Positions 17,623-30,694 of a stretch of 64,000 nucleotides of DNA are shown piece by piece. The position numbers and the translations under genes are program-made. The notes beneath the pieces were generated by a model that saw only the letters and a list, made by a program, of their open reading frames with translations, was not told where the DNA came from and searched no databases. The stretch is from Vermamoeba vermiformis (taxonomy: Eukaryota), in contig JBEWZL010000126.1 of NCBI GenBank assembly GCA_045837725.1, positions 310,001 to 374,000 of the forward strand, written 5' to 3'. Each line of letters starts with the position of its first letter. The first letter of the stretch is position 1.

Positions 17623-17931
17623 TTCCATAGCAAAACTAAAAATTACCCACATCCACGTGACAAACTTAAAATAACACCATATCGGAACATCAATACCTAT
17701 CTTTATGAGCCATAGATAGGTATATGACTATTATTTTTTATTAAATAGACTAAGCAAGCTAAAAGATTATATTTATATAAAAAACAAATTCATTATGCGT
17801 ACAATTCATCAACAAGCACAACTAAGTGCTATTATAACATTAATATTACTATCCTATCCGATTATAGCCGTTACACAATCCAAGCTCAAAGGCATTAGTC
17901 ATGTAACGACCGATCAGATTCGGATCTCTTC

Positions 17932-19988
17932 TTAATTGTTGTTCTTGGCGGACTCCTTAGTCTTGCTATCAGCAGCAAGTTGTTGCTGCACGGTGGCAGC
18001 TAATTTACATAATAATTCGTGGAATTCAGCCGTGTTGCTGTTGTCTACGTAGTTGGCTCGTTGATTGACTAAAGCATTTTGATAGGCTTGAATCTAATAA
18101 TACTATATTAATATACGCACAATAATATATAAAGTCATAATATTTTAAGCACTTCAGTATCAATCAGTCACAGATCAAAAGTTAAGGTGCGAATCCAGGT
18201 AACTCGCACCAAATAGCTTAATAGTAGCATGCGATAACTAAAACTTGAGTATTTAAGGCTAATATTAATATGTATATACTTGCCTTAGGCACGAGCTTAT
18301 CACCAAACTTCAATTTGTCGAGTGAAGTGTTGAGCGAGATCATTGACTCAATGACGACATTAGACCTCTTCTTCATGCCCGTCTCACTGTAAATCAACAA
18401 TCGTTAGTCATATTGTTAACATTATAACGTATTAAATATTAATTGAAAGCGAAATATTCATGCGGTAAGGTGACGACAAGATCCGTCGTTACACGAGTGA
18501 ATATCGAACTAATTGAGAAATATAAATGCTATACTATTGTTTTACGCATCAGCTTTTGTTATTATAGATAATTTTAAGTAGTATACGGAACAGATAGTCA
18601 GATCTAATAAAAATATGTAACCATGAATTTAAACGATTCAAAATGCTTAATATAGGTATCGCTTTGTAATATCATATAATAGTATGTATATAACATATAT
18701 GCGGTACTTACAGGTTCATATCTTCTTCCAACAACATGATCACCTTCATCAAATCGTAATAAAACATTTCGAGCGGATCAATCTCGTAGTAGCTGCAGTT
18801 GAAATAATTATTCGACTCTTCTTTGTAATCTTTTCGCAACGCAATTTTCTTCTTTTTCTTGTCTTCAATCTCTTCTTGCAATTTTTTGTTCTTTTCGGTC
18901 AGATCTTTCAACTTGGCTTTCATAGCCTTCATCTCGCCAACGAGTTCTTGCTTTGATTTATGTGGTCGTCCCTTCGCTGCGGGCTTGTTGCCTTCCGCAG
19001 ATTGAATGAATTTCATTACCTAATAAGGAAAAATTTGAGCCTTTTGACCAGATCGCAAGGTCAATGAAAATTTAGAATCTATTCGCTAAAAATACTAATA
19101 AATACAATAGAGTACATAGGTGTTACATTTTTAAACTAACGTCTTATTTAGAATAATAAAAAATTAGAATCAAAGACGGATCGACAAAAAATTGATATTT
19201 AACGCAGAAATCAAAAATAGAATACGCCTATCTCTTATTGATATTAAATAATATGTACTACTTACCTCGTCTTCTGAAATTTGTTCGATGTAATTTGAAG
19301 GGAAAAATCCGATTGCGTGGCCTAATTGACCTTTCCACCAGCCTTCATCGCTTTTGTCCAAAATAATTACAATATCGCCCTATTAAATTTACCAAATTTA
19401 GTTAGGTACTATAATTATAATTCAATTGTACAAATATTCCGCAGAGTAACGCCTAAAAACAATCAAAAAATCTTTTTCGATTCTACGAGTCAATTTTGGA
19501 TAATAATATCGGTAATTATATTGCTATGAGAATAGAACCCCGATTATTTGATAATAAATAGAAAATCTTTTGTCTAAAGTGCAATTTAAAAATTTGGGAA
19601 GATATAAAAATATATCCGTTATAATAATTATGAAATAATTGGCTATTACTAATAACTGCCATTATGATTATTTATAAATTATTACGCACGATTTTTTGAA
19701 TTCAAATATCTCTGAAAATTTCATTAAAATCAGATGTACCTCTCTAAGCTCGATTTCTTCGCTGTTCTGTGGTTTATATTCATAAATTGCTTTTCCATAT
19801 CCTAATGTGGAAGCTTTGGATTCTTCTGGTGACTTGGGAGCTACATCCGTTCCACCAATTTCTGAATCTCCTAGAGCCTCAATCTCTTGCTTGGCTTGAC
19901 CCTCTCTAATTTTAGATTGTTCCCAAGCCTTATTTTTGGCGGTACTAAGAGCCTCTTTTCGTAAAGCACGCACTAACGTCTTGCTCAT
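17932..19988 (-). CDS. SH3-domain coiled-coil protein
   Basis: AIYEYKPQNSEEIELRE|GDIVII..EGWWKG..GFFPSNY split by an intron. The downstream exons are less certain. Confidence 0.7.
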
Positions 19989-20376
19989 CGCATGCGAGTT
20001 GTTTTTATAATTGCTGGAACTTGCTTGGTTGTGCTTTTAGAGCCTACAACTCGTGTAAATATAATATATATGGTGCTAAATATGAACTACAACTCAAAAT
20101 AAAGCGAAATTTGTTACGGCAGTGAAATTCAGGTGCAATTTTGGGACGCTGAGATTTTATTTGATTGATGACACCGGATCCGCTCAAAAAGACCAACGTA
20201 GACCACATGAGTCTTATTCAACGATAATCAGATATTTTATCTAATATTTAATCCTTATACTGCAGTTTGAGTGCAGATTGAACGAGTTTTCAGTGTCGAC
20301 ATCCGGTTAAATTGTGATAACGCAATTTCCTTGGGCTATTTACATTTATTTAAATATTAGTTGATATTTTATCGTG

Positions 20377-20828
20377 TTATTGACGCTTTTCGGCCTCTTG
20401 CTGCTTTTTCTCTGCTTCAGCCTTCTGCTCGGCGTTATAATACTTCAAAAACCTGCGCAAATATTATTAATAATTTATTCGTACATTATATGAATATGTT
20501 TGCATAAATTATGCTTCTAATTGCAAAAACTGAGCAGTATAATTGCAAAAAAAAAAATTGATTAAACTTACAGCCTTAGGAACAAGAGAGCGACAATAAT
20601 TGAAATAGTACCACCAAATAATATTAATATTCTTCCTAATGCAGCATTTGTGGGCGTTCGCAGCTTGGTTGTAAGTGCTAATCCAGCTCCGACGATTAAA
20701 ATTGACAGAGTGAATACTACAAATGCTACGCCAGCATATTTCATCACTTCTTTCTCCGCTTTGTCTTTTGCAGTCTGCGGTGCATTATTTTTAGCAGTCA
20801 CTGCTCGTCTTGTGTTTGTCGCATCCAT
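20377..20828 (-). CDS. Small two-TM membrane protein of unknown function
   Basis: 2 exons; two hydrophobic helices followed by a charged tail (KAEAEKKQQEAEKRQ*). Confidence 0.65.
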
Positions 20829-20874
20829 TTTGAAGCAAAAATGATTTGCGCGCCATTTTTCAAGCAGATCCGGT

Positions 20875-22166
20875 ATGGATGACCAACAAGTGAAGGCGCT
20901 ATTAAAGCGCATGGCTAAATTAGAAGCCGAAAATGCATCATTGAAGCAACAAATTGAAGATAAGAACGAGGAACGAGGTTTAATTGATCTAACAGAACAA
21001 GAATCGTAAGACAAGCCGATCTAATATTCTTATAATTATATTTACTAATTTTAATTGATAAATTTCATAGTCCTAAGCCGAAAAGTAAAAATGTCAAAGA
21101 AGAGAAAGATCAAAAAATCAAATCTGAGTCCAAAAGCCTCAAAAGGCCAAGAGAAGGCACTATAGATTTAGAATCAGATAATGAGGTATCTATTAAAGAA
21201 GAAAAGAGCGAAGAACCACCTCCAAAGCGACGAAAAGTCGAATCTGCCAAAGGAGCGAAGAAAAAACAAGTTATCGAGCTCAGCAGCGATAACGATAAGG
21301 TGCATATAGATAACAATGGTTATTGGAAGAAATGGGCATCATGTAAGTCAAATTTTGTCCAAACAAACTTAAATCTGCGATCTTCGGATCAAGATCCCAA
21401 TACCCTTGCTACAAAAACGTAATCCACTAACTTTTGCATACATTTAGTGTTCGCCAAGAAAGTTAAGAGCACACGATTCTACGCAGATCCGTTTGACGAG
21501 CCAGAAACCACGATTGAGGTTGTAGACAAAGAAATTTCAAAGGTAAGCTTAGCCTCATCGCTGATATTATGGCCATATTATATAATAACGCAATACCTCA
21601 TATAGAGCGACTTCTACGAGCAATTTGAAGGCAAAGGTCGTTGGACTCATAACAACACTCGCGTAGTCTTCAGTACTTGGGAAGCCATCGACGAACTATT
21701 TCATAACACCCTAGCACCACGTAAGTCTGCGTAGTATGCTACCTGTCTAGTATTCTAACTGAGCTACTGTAGTTCATGTTGCGTGGGTATGGCAACCTGC
21801 ATCCAAAGAAACGTTTTGGGGTGGCATGGAAACTAAAGCGGTGAAGCTGTATCAAACTAACGTTAAGATAGAATCACTAGGTATGCTATAAAGCTTAATT
21901 GAAGCGTACAGTACTTTGAGCTTTTGTTTCGGATTTGATCAGGTACTAATGAGGGTTTCTTAGTTGCTGAATACAACACGTCCACTCGCTCAGCAGAGCT
22001 ATCTTTTGAATGCATCGCAACTGAAGAGAATAACGAGAATAGCAACATCGAGATCAACAAGAGCATGAATTTGCTTGACTTTCTTGCCAGCCAATCGTCT
22101 GAGCGACAAAAAGAAATATTCGCCGAAGCCAATGCATTTAAGCGACAAAAACATCGAAGAAAGTAA
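20875..22166 (+). CDS. Unknown, probably nuclear protein with coiled coil, SIM-like motifs and NLS
   Basis: 6 exons join in frame; LIDLT, TIDLE, VIELSSD; PPPKRRKVE. Not in the ORF track. Confidence 0.75.
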
Positions 22167-22436
22167 TTATTTCTTCATTTCTTTTGTACATAAACTTCAT
22201 TTTTCGGATCGCATCTGGTTTTCAACTCCTTTTATTTAGGAAAGCTTTTGTCATATTTATACAAGTTAAATTTGATTACTATATTATATATATGTTTCGG
22301 TCGTACTTCTACGATCCTTTTTTTCCATTTCTTTTGAAACAGAAAACAATTTTCAAACTAATCTTACAGGTGTGTTGCGGGGACTTTAGCCCTATTAGTA
22401 TATAAATACTATTCATAGTATTTTTAGGATATACGT

Positions 22437-24796
22437 CTACTTGGGCTCCTCTCCACTAGGCTCACGTAGCTCGGTCAAATCTTCGCCTTGAGAGCTAGAT
22501 TTTGGCAAGGGAGCACGCGGTGAGGACTCAGGTTTGACTTCCTCTTTCTTCTCGCCACTGGCCTCGGCCTCGCTCTTGCCATTTGCCGAGTCTTCTTTAT
22601 CGCTAGCCACACTTATGGACTCTTGAGAGGGGCTCGGCTTCAAAGACCCGCTGGAATCAGCACGCGGCGAAGTGGACATCATATGCTCGGGACGGACAAC
22701 ATTAGCTTTCTTGACTGCAGGGAACAACTTTGTATCGTGGCCTGCAGGGTTAGGCTTATTGTTGATAATGGGGTCATAGTCCAGCAGCAAGTTGTACACG
22801 ACGTCTTTGCTGCGATCATTCAACCCGCTCAAAAAGTCCATTTCCCTTCGTCTGCAAAATCAACGCATTAGCACAGTAAATAAGATGGATAGGCACAATA
22901 CTAAGTGCTCTATATACCTTAACAGAGTAGGGCCAAACACCGTCGACAAGTTTTCAACGGTCATCAAGTTATTTGTGCTGTTGTACGCCACGGGAATGAG
23001 CATGGCAAACAATGCCTTCAACACGGCAGCATTGACTTCTGGTAATTGCAAATACAACTCGCGCATCTTGGCAATTCTTTCTTCTCTGTTGTCAATGTCT
23101 AATTGAATTGGGTTAGTTCACGAACTACTATAGCCTATAGTCCTCCTTACTTGTTGTTTGGATAAAGTCGTCGTGCAGTTTGTACGTGAAGATTGGTTCG
23201 GGCAAGTCACGAAGAATTTTCTTGAGCAATTCACCGCAGACGTGCGCGTCAGTTGAAGGGTTGATACCACCGATCGTGGACAAGCTACTCGAGGCAAACA
23301 TCTTCGACAGGTCGTCGACTTTGTACGCGTTACCAGCAATTCTGAATATACCTTCAACATCGTAGCCTAACGCGGAAGGTTAGACGCGAGATCGGGAAAT
23401 TCTTATGAGCATAAAGAGTACGTACCGTGAGCAGCAATGAAGTCTATTAATAGAGTAAGCACGAGAGGGACTTCAGTCACGTGGTCTTTTTGTAAAGCAG
23501 CGAGTTGAGCCAAGGACAAGCCGCACACTCCGCCTTTGTCTTTGTCTTCTTCAACGCGTGGTTTGGGTCTACTCGCTGACATTCTCTTCGCAAAGAAGTT
23601 GTTCAATACTTTCTTCTTCTTTTCCTTCTCAGCCTTGGCCTTCTCTTTATCGCTCAACTCAGGAGCAGCTAGCAAAAGTCAATACGACGTGTCTAAATTG
23701 ACTTAAAGTGGGTGACGTACCTGCAACCATTGCCGGCGAATTAACCTCACTGTCACGCTTACTGTAGAAATAGCTCTCGGATTGTGGTGCTACATAGCAT
23801 GTTAGACACGATGAAAGCTTAAAGGCAAGCGATAGACTACGTACATTTAGACAACATTGACTCGCTACTGCCCGAGGAAGATGTCTCCTTCTTGTCCTCC
23901 TTCTTGTCTTTTCTTCGTTCGGAACCTCTCCGCAGTTTCTTCAATGATGAACTCGAGCTCTTTCTGTTCACAGAGTCCTTGTCTTTTTCCTTTTCTTTCT
24001 CTTTCGGGTCCGTGACTAAAAAGAAATGCAGGTTAATATTAAACAGCTCTTCATTGTTAATTTCGTTATTTTCCCTGTACCTATAATATTTTTCTCTGCT
24101 AATTTTGTTTTAAAATCTGATTTGTTAGCTCCACGTGCGGCAAAAAATTCGCCCAACGACGCTTTTGTTTTGGCTTTTGACTCTACAATACTGTCTGCTG
24201 CTTCAGCGGTATTTCTCGCACGAGGCGATCGTTCAGGCTGCTCGACGTAGCTTAATGGGAACCATCCCTTTTTGCCATTGGCTTCACCTAAGGAATGGAA
24301 GATCGGGATTAGCAACGGTCAGTTGTGAATCGCTGAATATTTTGAATCGAAAATATCGTACCTTCAGCCCAATCTGATTTTCTTTGAAGAATACTGCGAT
24401 ATTAAAAATAAACTGTTAGTTTACGTTGCTGGTAAATTGTCTACCGATCGCCATGGAGATCTCTTTTAATGAAATAATATCGTCGAATGGTCAACGAATA
24501 AATAATTTAATAATATTTCAATATTATAGATAATGCGAATAATGCAAAAATGAACTGTCGATAAAATTGCAATTTACCTGATAGTTTCGCCCTTTTTAAA
24601 ACAAATATCCGTTGGAGATGTTCCAGCATAATTAAATAATGCTACGACTTGCTCTATACCACAAAAAATTAGTTCACGAGATGAAGTCGTCGATCAAAGA
24701 TCTTCGAAAATTAGCTGCCGAAGGATTTAATTGTTGCACTGCAACAATACAGTGTTGTATATTAAGATTGACTAGCTTACCTGTTGGTTGCGTCAT
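22437..24796 (-). CDS. SH3 + RhoGAP protein
   Basis: ALFNYAG..KKGE..GWFPLSYVE; EGIFRIAG (arginine finger), LKKILRDLPEP, NLMTVENLSTVFGPTLL. Confidence 0.9.
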
Positions 24797-25451
24797 TTGT
24801 TGTGCACTTGTGGTTCAGGATCAACGCTAAAAAAATAAACGGAAGTAAATTTAGCTCAAGAATGTACAACAAGCGTACTACCAATTGTGCCTTACCTTGG
24901 AGAATTATATTATAACGATCGAAAGTTGGTGCCACAACCTTTCAGCCCGCGGCAAAATTCAATTTCGAAATCTGGACCCAAGATTCGCGTTACTAACTTG
25001 GCAACAGCAGGAAATATTCCTTAAAGTGTAAATTGTTGCCTTTGCTACTTTCTACTAATATATTGTGAACTGGAAACAATTCGTCAAATAAAGCAAGAGA
25101 TTTTGCTAGGGAGATAAAGGCGAGATTACTAGGTCTGCTGGTTAGATTAAGCGTCCATTTATGCTGGATAGAACCACAAAGAGGCCTACAGAGATATGCC
25201 ATGCAAGATTCCTATAATTATGTATTTATTGTACATAACAAACAAATCCACGTTGCGTTACACGTGGATTTGAAAAAGCTTGTGTAGGTCACTAACGGAC
25301 ACTGCACGAGCAAATTGTATTATATTACTTGTTTTTATGGCAAATATGTTGCTAACGAGCCTAAAATAAGTCACGAATTAGTACCACTGGGTTGCAATTT
25401 GTCATCTGAAGAACGGGTACAAATGTATCCGTTACATACCTTATCTCGCAC

Positions 25452-26843
25452 TTATTTTGCCTTCTCGAACAGAGCGTTCCAAGAATCCAGCTGATCTTCA
25501 GGCAAATACGTCTTTCCGAAGTCAGCATTGAGCTTTTGAGACTTGATTAAAGCAATCACATCTGCTTGGTCATTTTCTGAATTGTTCTTGATCTTCAATC
25601 GAATTAACTCTCGTAGAATAATAACGTAAATGCCGTGAGCCTTGACTTTAATCTCAGGGGTGGGTTCTGGGCCGAAATCCGGATGCATGTACAGAATAAT
25701 GGGCAAATTGTTCTCCTTCTTTGACTTATATTTTCTCATTTCACCTGTTAATAATATATTAGCACGTACTACAATCGTATTCCGTATTCAAAATATTGAT
25801 CGATGCACAAAACGGCACAACGGTTAGATGTGCTAGCACGCGCCTGATCCACTGTTGTATGATTACGTACCAGCGTTAACTTCAGCCTCGAAAGCGTCGG
25901 CATCCTTTTGGAACAATTTCCATGCCTTTTTCCAGGTGTCCATCGAGATGAGGATCTCGATTTCTTCGGCACCTTTACCCTTGGGAGCACCGTAGAACTG
26001 AGCTGCCATATCTATTTAAAACAATTACCGTTAGTCACCCGGCCACGAAAAGTACAAGAGGGACGCTAGAAGAACAGAAATACGGGTTGTATGTAAAAGG
26101 CAAGGTTTTGATCGGGCGAGCTCCGAGTTCAATAGCATCTCGAGCAGCTAACTACGCTACTTGAGACCAATAACAAAGATATACTCGAGCATCGCCCGCT
26201 AGATTTAACTAGTTTTTGTAAAGTAGAAGCATAGAAGGTGCTCCATTGTACAAGGCAGCGGTTAGTTGGGCAGATGAACGCTAAAAATACTTACTTCCAA
26301 TCAATGCATATTCGACGCCTAAATCAGCTAATTTCTTGCAATATTTGGCGGCTATGGCGAGGTTTCCTAGCGAATAGAATTATTAATATGCTGTTAAAAA
26401 ATTTTCAGGAGCCGATCAAGCAATCTTGCAACGGTCTGATTTTTCAATCAAATTTTGTATTATGCTTCTGGATTGCTTAACAGATGAAATGCAACAATAT
26501 TTTAGACGTCGAGAATGCTCAGAGAAATTGTACAAACGATATTGAATTGCTGATTTGAACAGCGCAGAAAAATAATTAAATAAAAGGGGTCAATTGAATC
26601 CCTTAATTATAAATAATAAGAAATATTATACACGATAATAGTACCTTCTAATTTGACTTGCTTTTCATCGAGAGTCTGTTCAGGGTGCGAGACTTTCTCG
26701 TGTTTTTTCTTTTGGTGGTCGTGATGGGCTGGTTCGGGTTCAGCTCCGAATGAGACTGTCTTCTTATGGTCCTTGCCACCTTTGTCTTTACTGCCCTTAT
26801 CCTTTTCCTTCTTTTCCTTTTCTTTCTTATCCTTTGACGACAT
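25452..26843 (-). CDS. Nucleotidyltransferase-fold (AbiEii/bacterial NTase-like) protein with a Lys-rich N-terminus
   Basis: 4 exons join in frame; LADLGVEYALIGNMAAQFYG..EEIEILI and LRELIRLKI..NDQADVIALIK. Confidence 0.65.
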
Positions 26844-27227
26844 CGCTTTGTTTAAATCTGAAGTAACGAATGCAAAAAATTGAACAAATAAATATGCTAA
26901 ATATTTATCAGTCCAGTTGATGATACTTCGTGATGCTCGTATCGATTGAAATTGACATTAAAATGAAGGCACGAAAAATCTCTGGTTTTTGCTGCCCTGG
27001 TTGAAATATTTGTGGATGTGCCTCGAGTACAATCTGGGACCAAGGACAACCCCACTTCCAACATCTGCTGAGTACTGTAGCTCGTTAACGCGATTAGAGG
27101 TTGGCCCTAGCTTGCTTAGTCACCTGTCAAGACAGATCTCGCTCGTGATTATTTTATTATTAATTTACATTTGTTACCATAAATAAGCTTTACAAATACA
27201 ATTTTCAAATAATTTTACATGCTGATT

Positions 27228-28921
27228 CTATTCTCGCTTCAAGTTCTCCACGTTTCCCAGCATCAGCTCGTTATTATTGATTATTACTTTGTTGTGACTT
27301 AGATCCGGTATTCCTTCACTTATCAGACAATTAACGTTATTTCCGTAATTATTGTACTTGTTTGTGTTGTTATTGGCCTCAAGACCTAGCCTCTTCAGTG
27401 CTGCTGCCGCCAACAGGTCGCGTTTAGCTTCAACAACGTTGTCCATTTCAATGTGGTTGGGAGGCAGTGCAGGCATTTCTTGGCTTAGTACCATGCCAGT
27501 GCCGCTAAAAGGTGTGAACGACGAGCTACTTGAGCCATTGGCGTGCGTTGTATCCTCAAATGAATTGCGACTGCTCTCATCTGGATCACGTGTCAGTCAA
27601 GGTTGTAAATTGTTGTCAAAGACTCTAATTTCGTATTAAATGTACCGATCATACATGTAATACGATGTAGCAAAATGCAAAAGTATTATTTTTGTGATTG
27701 CTAGATAAACTTTAATTTGAATTGTGTGAGCCAGATCTCGTGGACCACGGTGCGTGTATAAAGTAACCTTACCTTCTGAGGGCTGTGGATTCTGCACACC
27801 AAAGGTCTTGGGAATAAAGCACTGAAACACTGTGCCCAAATAAGCTGCTCTGTTTACCCAGGCAGGGAACTTAAAATCCTTGCCTAGTAGCTCTTGCACG
27901 AACTTCTCCGAGAAATGATTGCAATTCCTAACAATGAATATGGTCAATACATGCTTAGGGCGAGACCTATTAGTAGGTGCTCGTGCTTCTTAGTTATTTT
28001 GCGCGTTGCGAAGGCGGTTACCGACCTTTGAAACACAGCTAGAACAATTTACTAAAAATAGAAAATACAAATTGGGAACGGTAATACTACTGCGGTGAAA
28101 TCTAAAGATGAACAGGTCTAGTACTTACTTTTTATAAATATGATATGAGTTGCCAGTAAATTTTCGGCCAAGCTCTTCGGCCACATCAATTATTTCTGCC
28201 ATTGTTTTGTTTGTCACTCCCAATACGATGTGTTGTCTGAAATAAATTAATTAGCAATGCTATTGCTGTCACATGTCGCTAAACATTTGTTTCGTGAAGC
28301 AGTAGGCAGTTTAATGAAAATGTAGATCGAGATGTGTACTAGGTTTCACCATTAATTATCATAATTATTTTAGTGATTATATTGACGCTAATGTCGATTA
28401 AATGCACGAGCTGGTGCGAAAAAATGAAAGAAAATAACTCCGAAAAGTTGATCTGACGTTTACATTCTCTTAATTATTTGAAAATAGTAAGGCACTGCAG
28501 CAAATACTAATAATATCCGCTTAGTTTATAAATTTACCCATAATTGTTCCTCGATCTTGAGTATTACTGCGAGACGGAATTAATTTCGCTTACCTAAATC
28601 TACAGAAGGGAGCCTTTCGAGGTTCTACTTCAAATATTCCTGTCCAAGGATACTCGTGGAATCCAAAAGCATATTCTGCGATAAATAATTAATTTAAATG
28701 AAACGCGAAATAACGCATTCATAATAAAGATTGCCTAGCCAATTAATAATTTAATTAAATTCAGCAAGAGGTAATTTTATTTATTTTTAATTACCTGTAT
28801 TGCCGATTTGTACGCCTGAGTGAAAAGCACCTAATCCAAACGGATACAGCACGCTGTTCCAACGATCGAGCAGATCGTAAACGTTAAGCACAACCTCAAT
28901 CTTCCTATTATCACGGTTCAT
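27228..28921 (-). CDS. DESI2: PPPDE/DeSI isopeptidase
   Basis: VVLNVYDL, GAFHSGV, EYAFG, NCNHFS, PAWVNRAA. Confidence 0.92.
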
Positions 28922-29050
28922 TATGTGTGGTGTGCCATTAACTTGTTGCTTAAAACAAACTTGAAATTAGGGGCAGAAATGTTTGGCCGACAAAAGTTCA
29001 GCTCGGGCAGTTCAAAAAATGCGAATTTCTGTTTGATTAAAGTCGCAGCC

Positions 29051-30543
29051 ATGTACCACGGTTCTAAACAATTAAAGTCTTCTGTAGAGTATGGAGACGA
29101 TGGATTTTTGTTTCCTCCCGAGGTCTGGAGCCACATCTTGTCTTTTACCGAGGATCTTGAACCCTTCCGCTTGCAACGCGTGTGTAAATTTTTTCGGATC
29201 GAGTTACAAAAAACAGCCAAAAATGCATGGGTAGTGAAGCTGTTACAACAGAAAGGTTAGTTAATCGTAAAATTGAAATTTGGTCGGCAATAACGCATCT
29301 GGGCAAAAAATTTATGTTTTGTAATGAAAAATATTTATTATAAGTAATTTACGAAGTTAAGGTGGTTGAGCACCATTTTTACATGTTTTTTCGGTTAAAG
29401 AATTTTATTTGAAATTCTAACTCGATCCTTACCTTAGAGATGGGCACTAGAGTTCTAATCCCAAAGTTTTCAACCAAGGATAGGCAAAAAAAGTAAGTTC
29501 TAATTTCTTCCATTATTTGGTTAACGAGACTCTCTAGTGTACAGATCGTCGGCCGCTCAAACGACAACATTCCGGGTGATTATTACTACCAATCGAAAGT
29601 AGTTGTTTCGGGGCCATCTGGCGTCGGAAAAACAACGTTTTGTAACTCATTTAAGAGCGAGGGCATTTATTACGAGCAGTACCCTTCAAATATTGGCGTA
29701 GAATTTGTACGTATAACGCACGTATAGTAGAGAAGCGATATACATAGCTAAATTTGATATTAAATTATTTTATCTGCGCAGTCGGTGAGAACCTTACGAT
29801 CTCGAGACAACATCCAGGTTAAATTGCAAGTGGTAAGTGCTATTCTACCCTTATCATAGTTCGCACGTTTCTAACGCAATATTATTCTTAGTGGGATACA
29901 GCCGGCGTAAGCAAACGCAGAATTTACAGAATTTTGGATGTAACACATGTTTTCTAATCGGCTATTTTTATTTCATTACAGGTCGAGAGGTTCAGAAAGT
30001 TAAGCAGCGGATACTTTAGGGCAACGTCGGCAATATTGTTCATGTTCGCACTTAACGACAAACAAAGTCTCGAAGATCTGGTGAACCATTGGTTCCACGA
30101 AGCGTTTGAGCATGGTAATTTAGCTAACAGACCCGTGGTATGCTATTTAGTAGGGCTTAAAGTTGATCTCGAGGGCGCAAGGACTATTACACGTCAGGAA
30201 GGAGAAGTACGTTACAGTAACGACCTAATCCACCCCATTACGGAATTCATTTTCGATTATAATAGAGATACTAACTTTTGAATATTGTAGAGTATCGCTA
30301 AAAAGTATAATATGAAGTATTTTGAAGCGTCGGGCAAGTTGTACAATACTGTTATTGAAGTAATGAACTCCGTCGTTGAAGACTCGATAGATGCGCGAAT
30401 GTAAGTCGTCAAATCACTCGAGTGATGCTATATTCAATGATTAATTAGTATATTTTATATATTCTAGAGAAGAACATATGCGAGACTATCCGCCTCCACC
30501 TCCAACAGACACCGGACCTGGTCGAACTTGTTCAGTTATGTAA
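29051..30543 (+). CDS. F-box + Rab/Ras-like small GTPase fusion with CaaX
   Basis: FPPEVWSHILSF..LQRVCKFF; GPSGVGKT, IGVEF, WDTAGV, GLKVDL, YFEASGK; ends CSVM*. All 8 exons join in frame. Confidence 0.85.
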
Positions 30544-30694
30544 TGTTCCTATTGTAAATAAATAATTAATAGTTCCTTATTGTGTTTTATCGAAATTGAA
30601 TTGGTCAACGGTGGTCAACTATAAATTTCTAGAGCATTGCTGGTAAAAAAGTTAACCGTTTTCACTCGCACTTTTTAAAATCTAAACAACACAG

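Noticed and set aside
25243-25272. 11-bp perfect inverted repeat with an 8-nt loop
   Set aside because: Single copy with no TSD or element context; not enough to call a MITE or terminator.
29490-29545. Apparent frame break between the F-box and the GTPase
   Set aside because: Acceptor tctag| at ~29537 keeps the frame.
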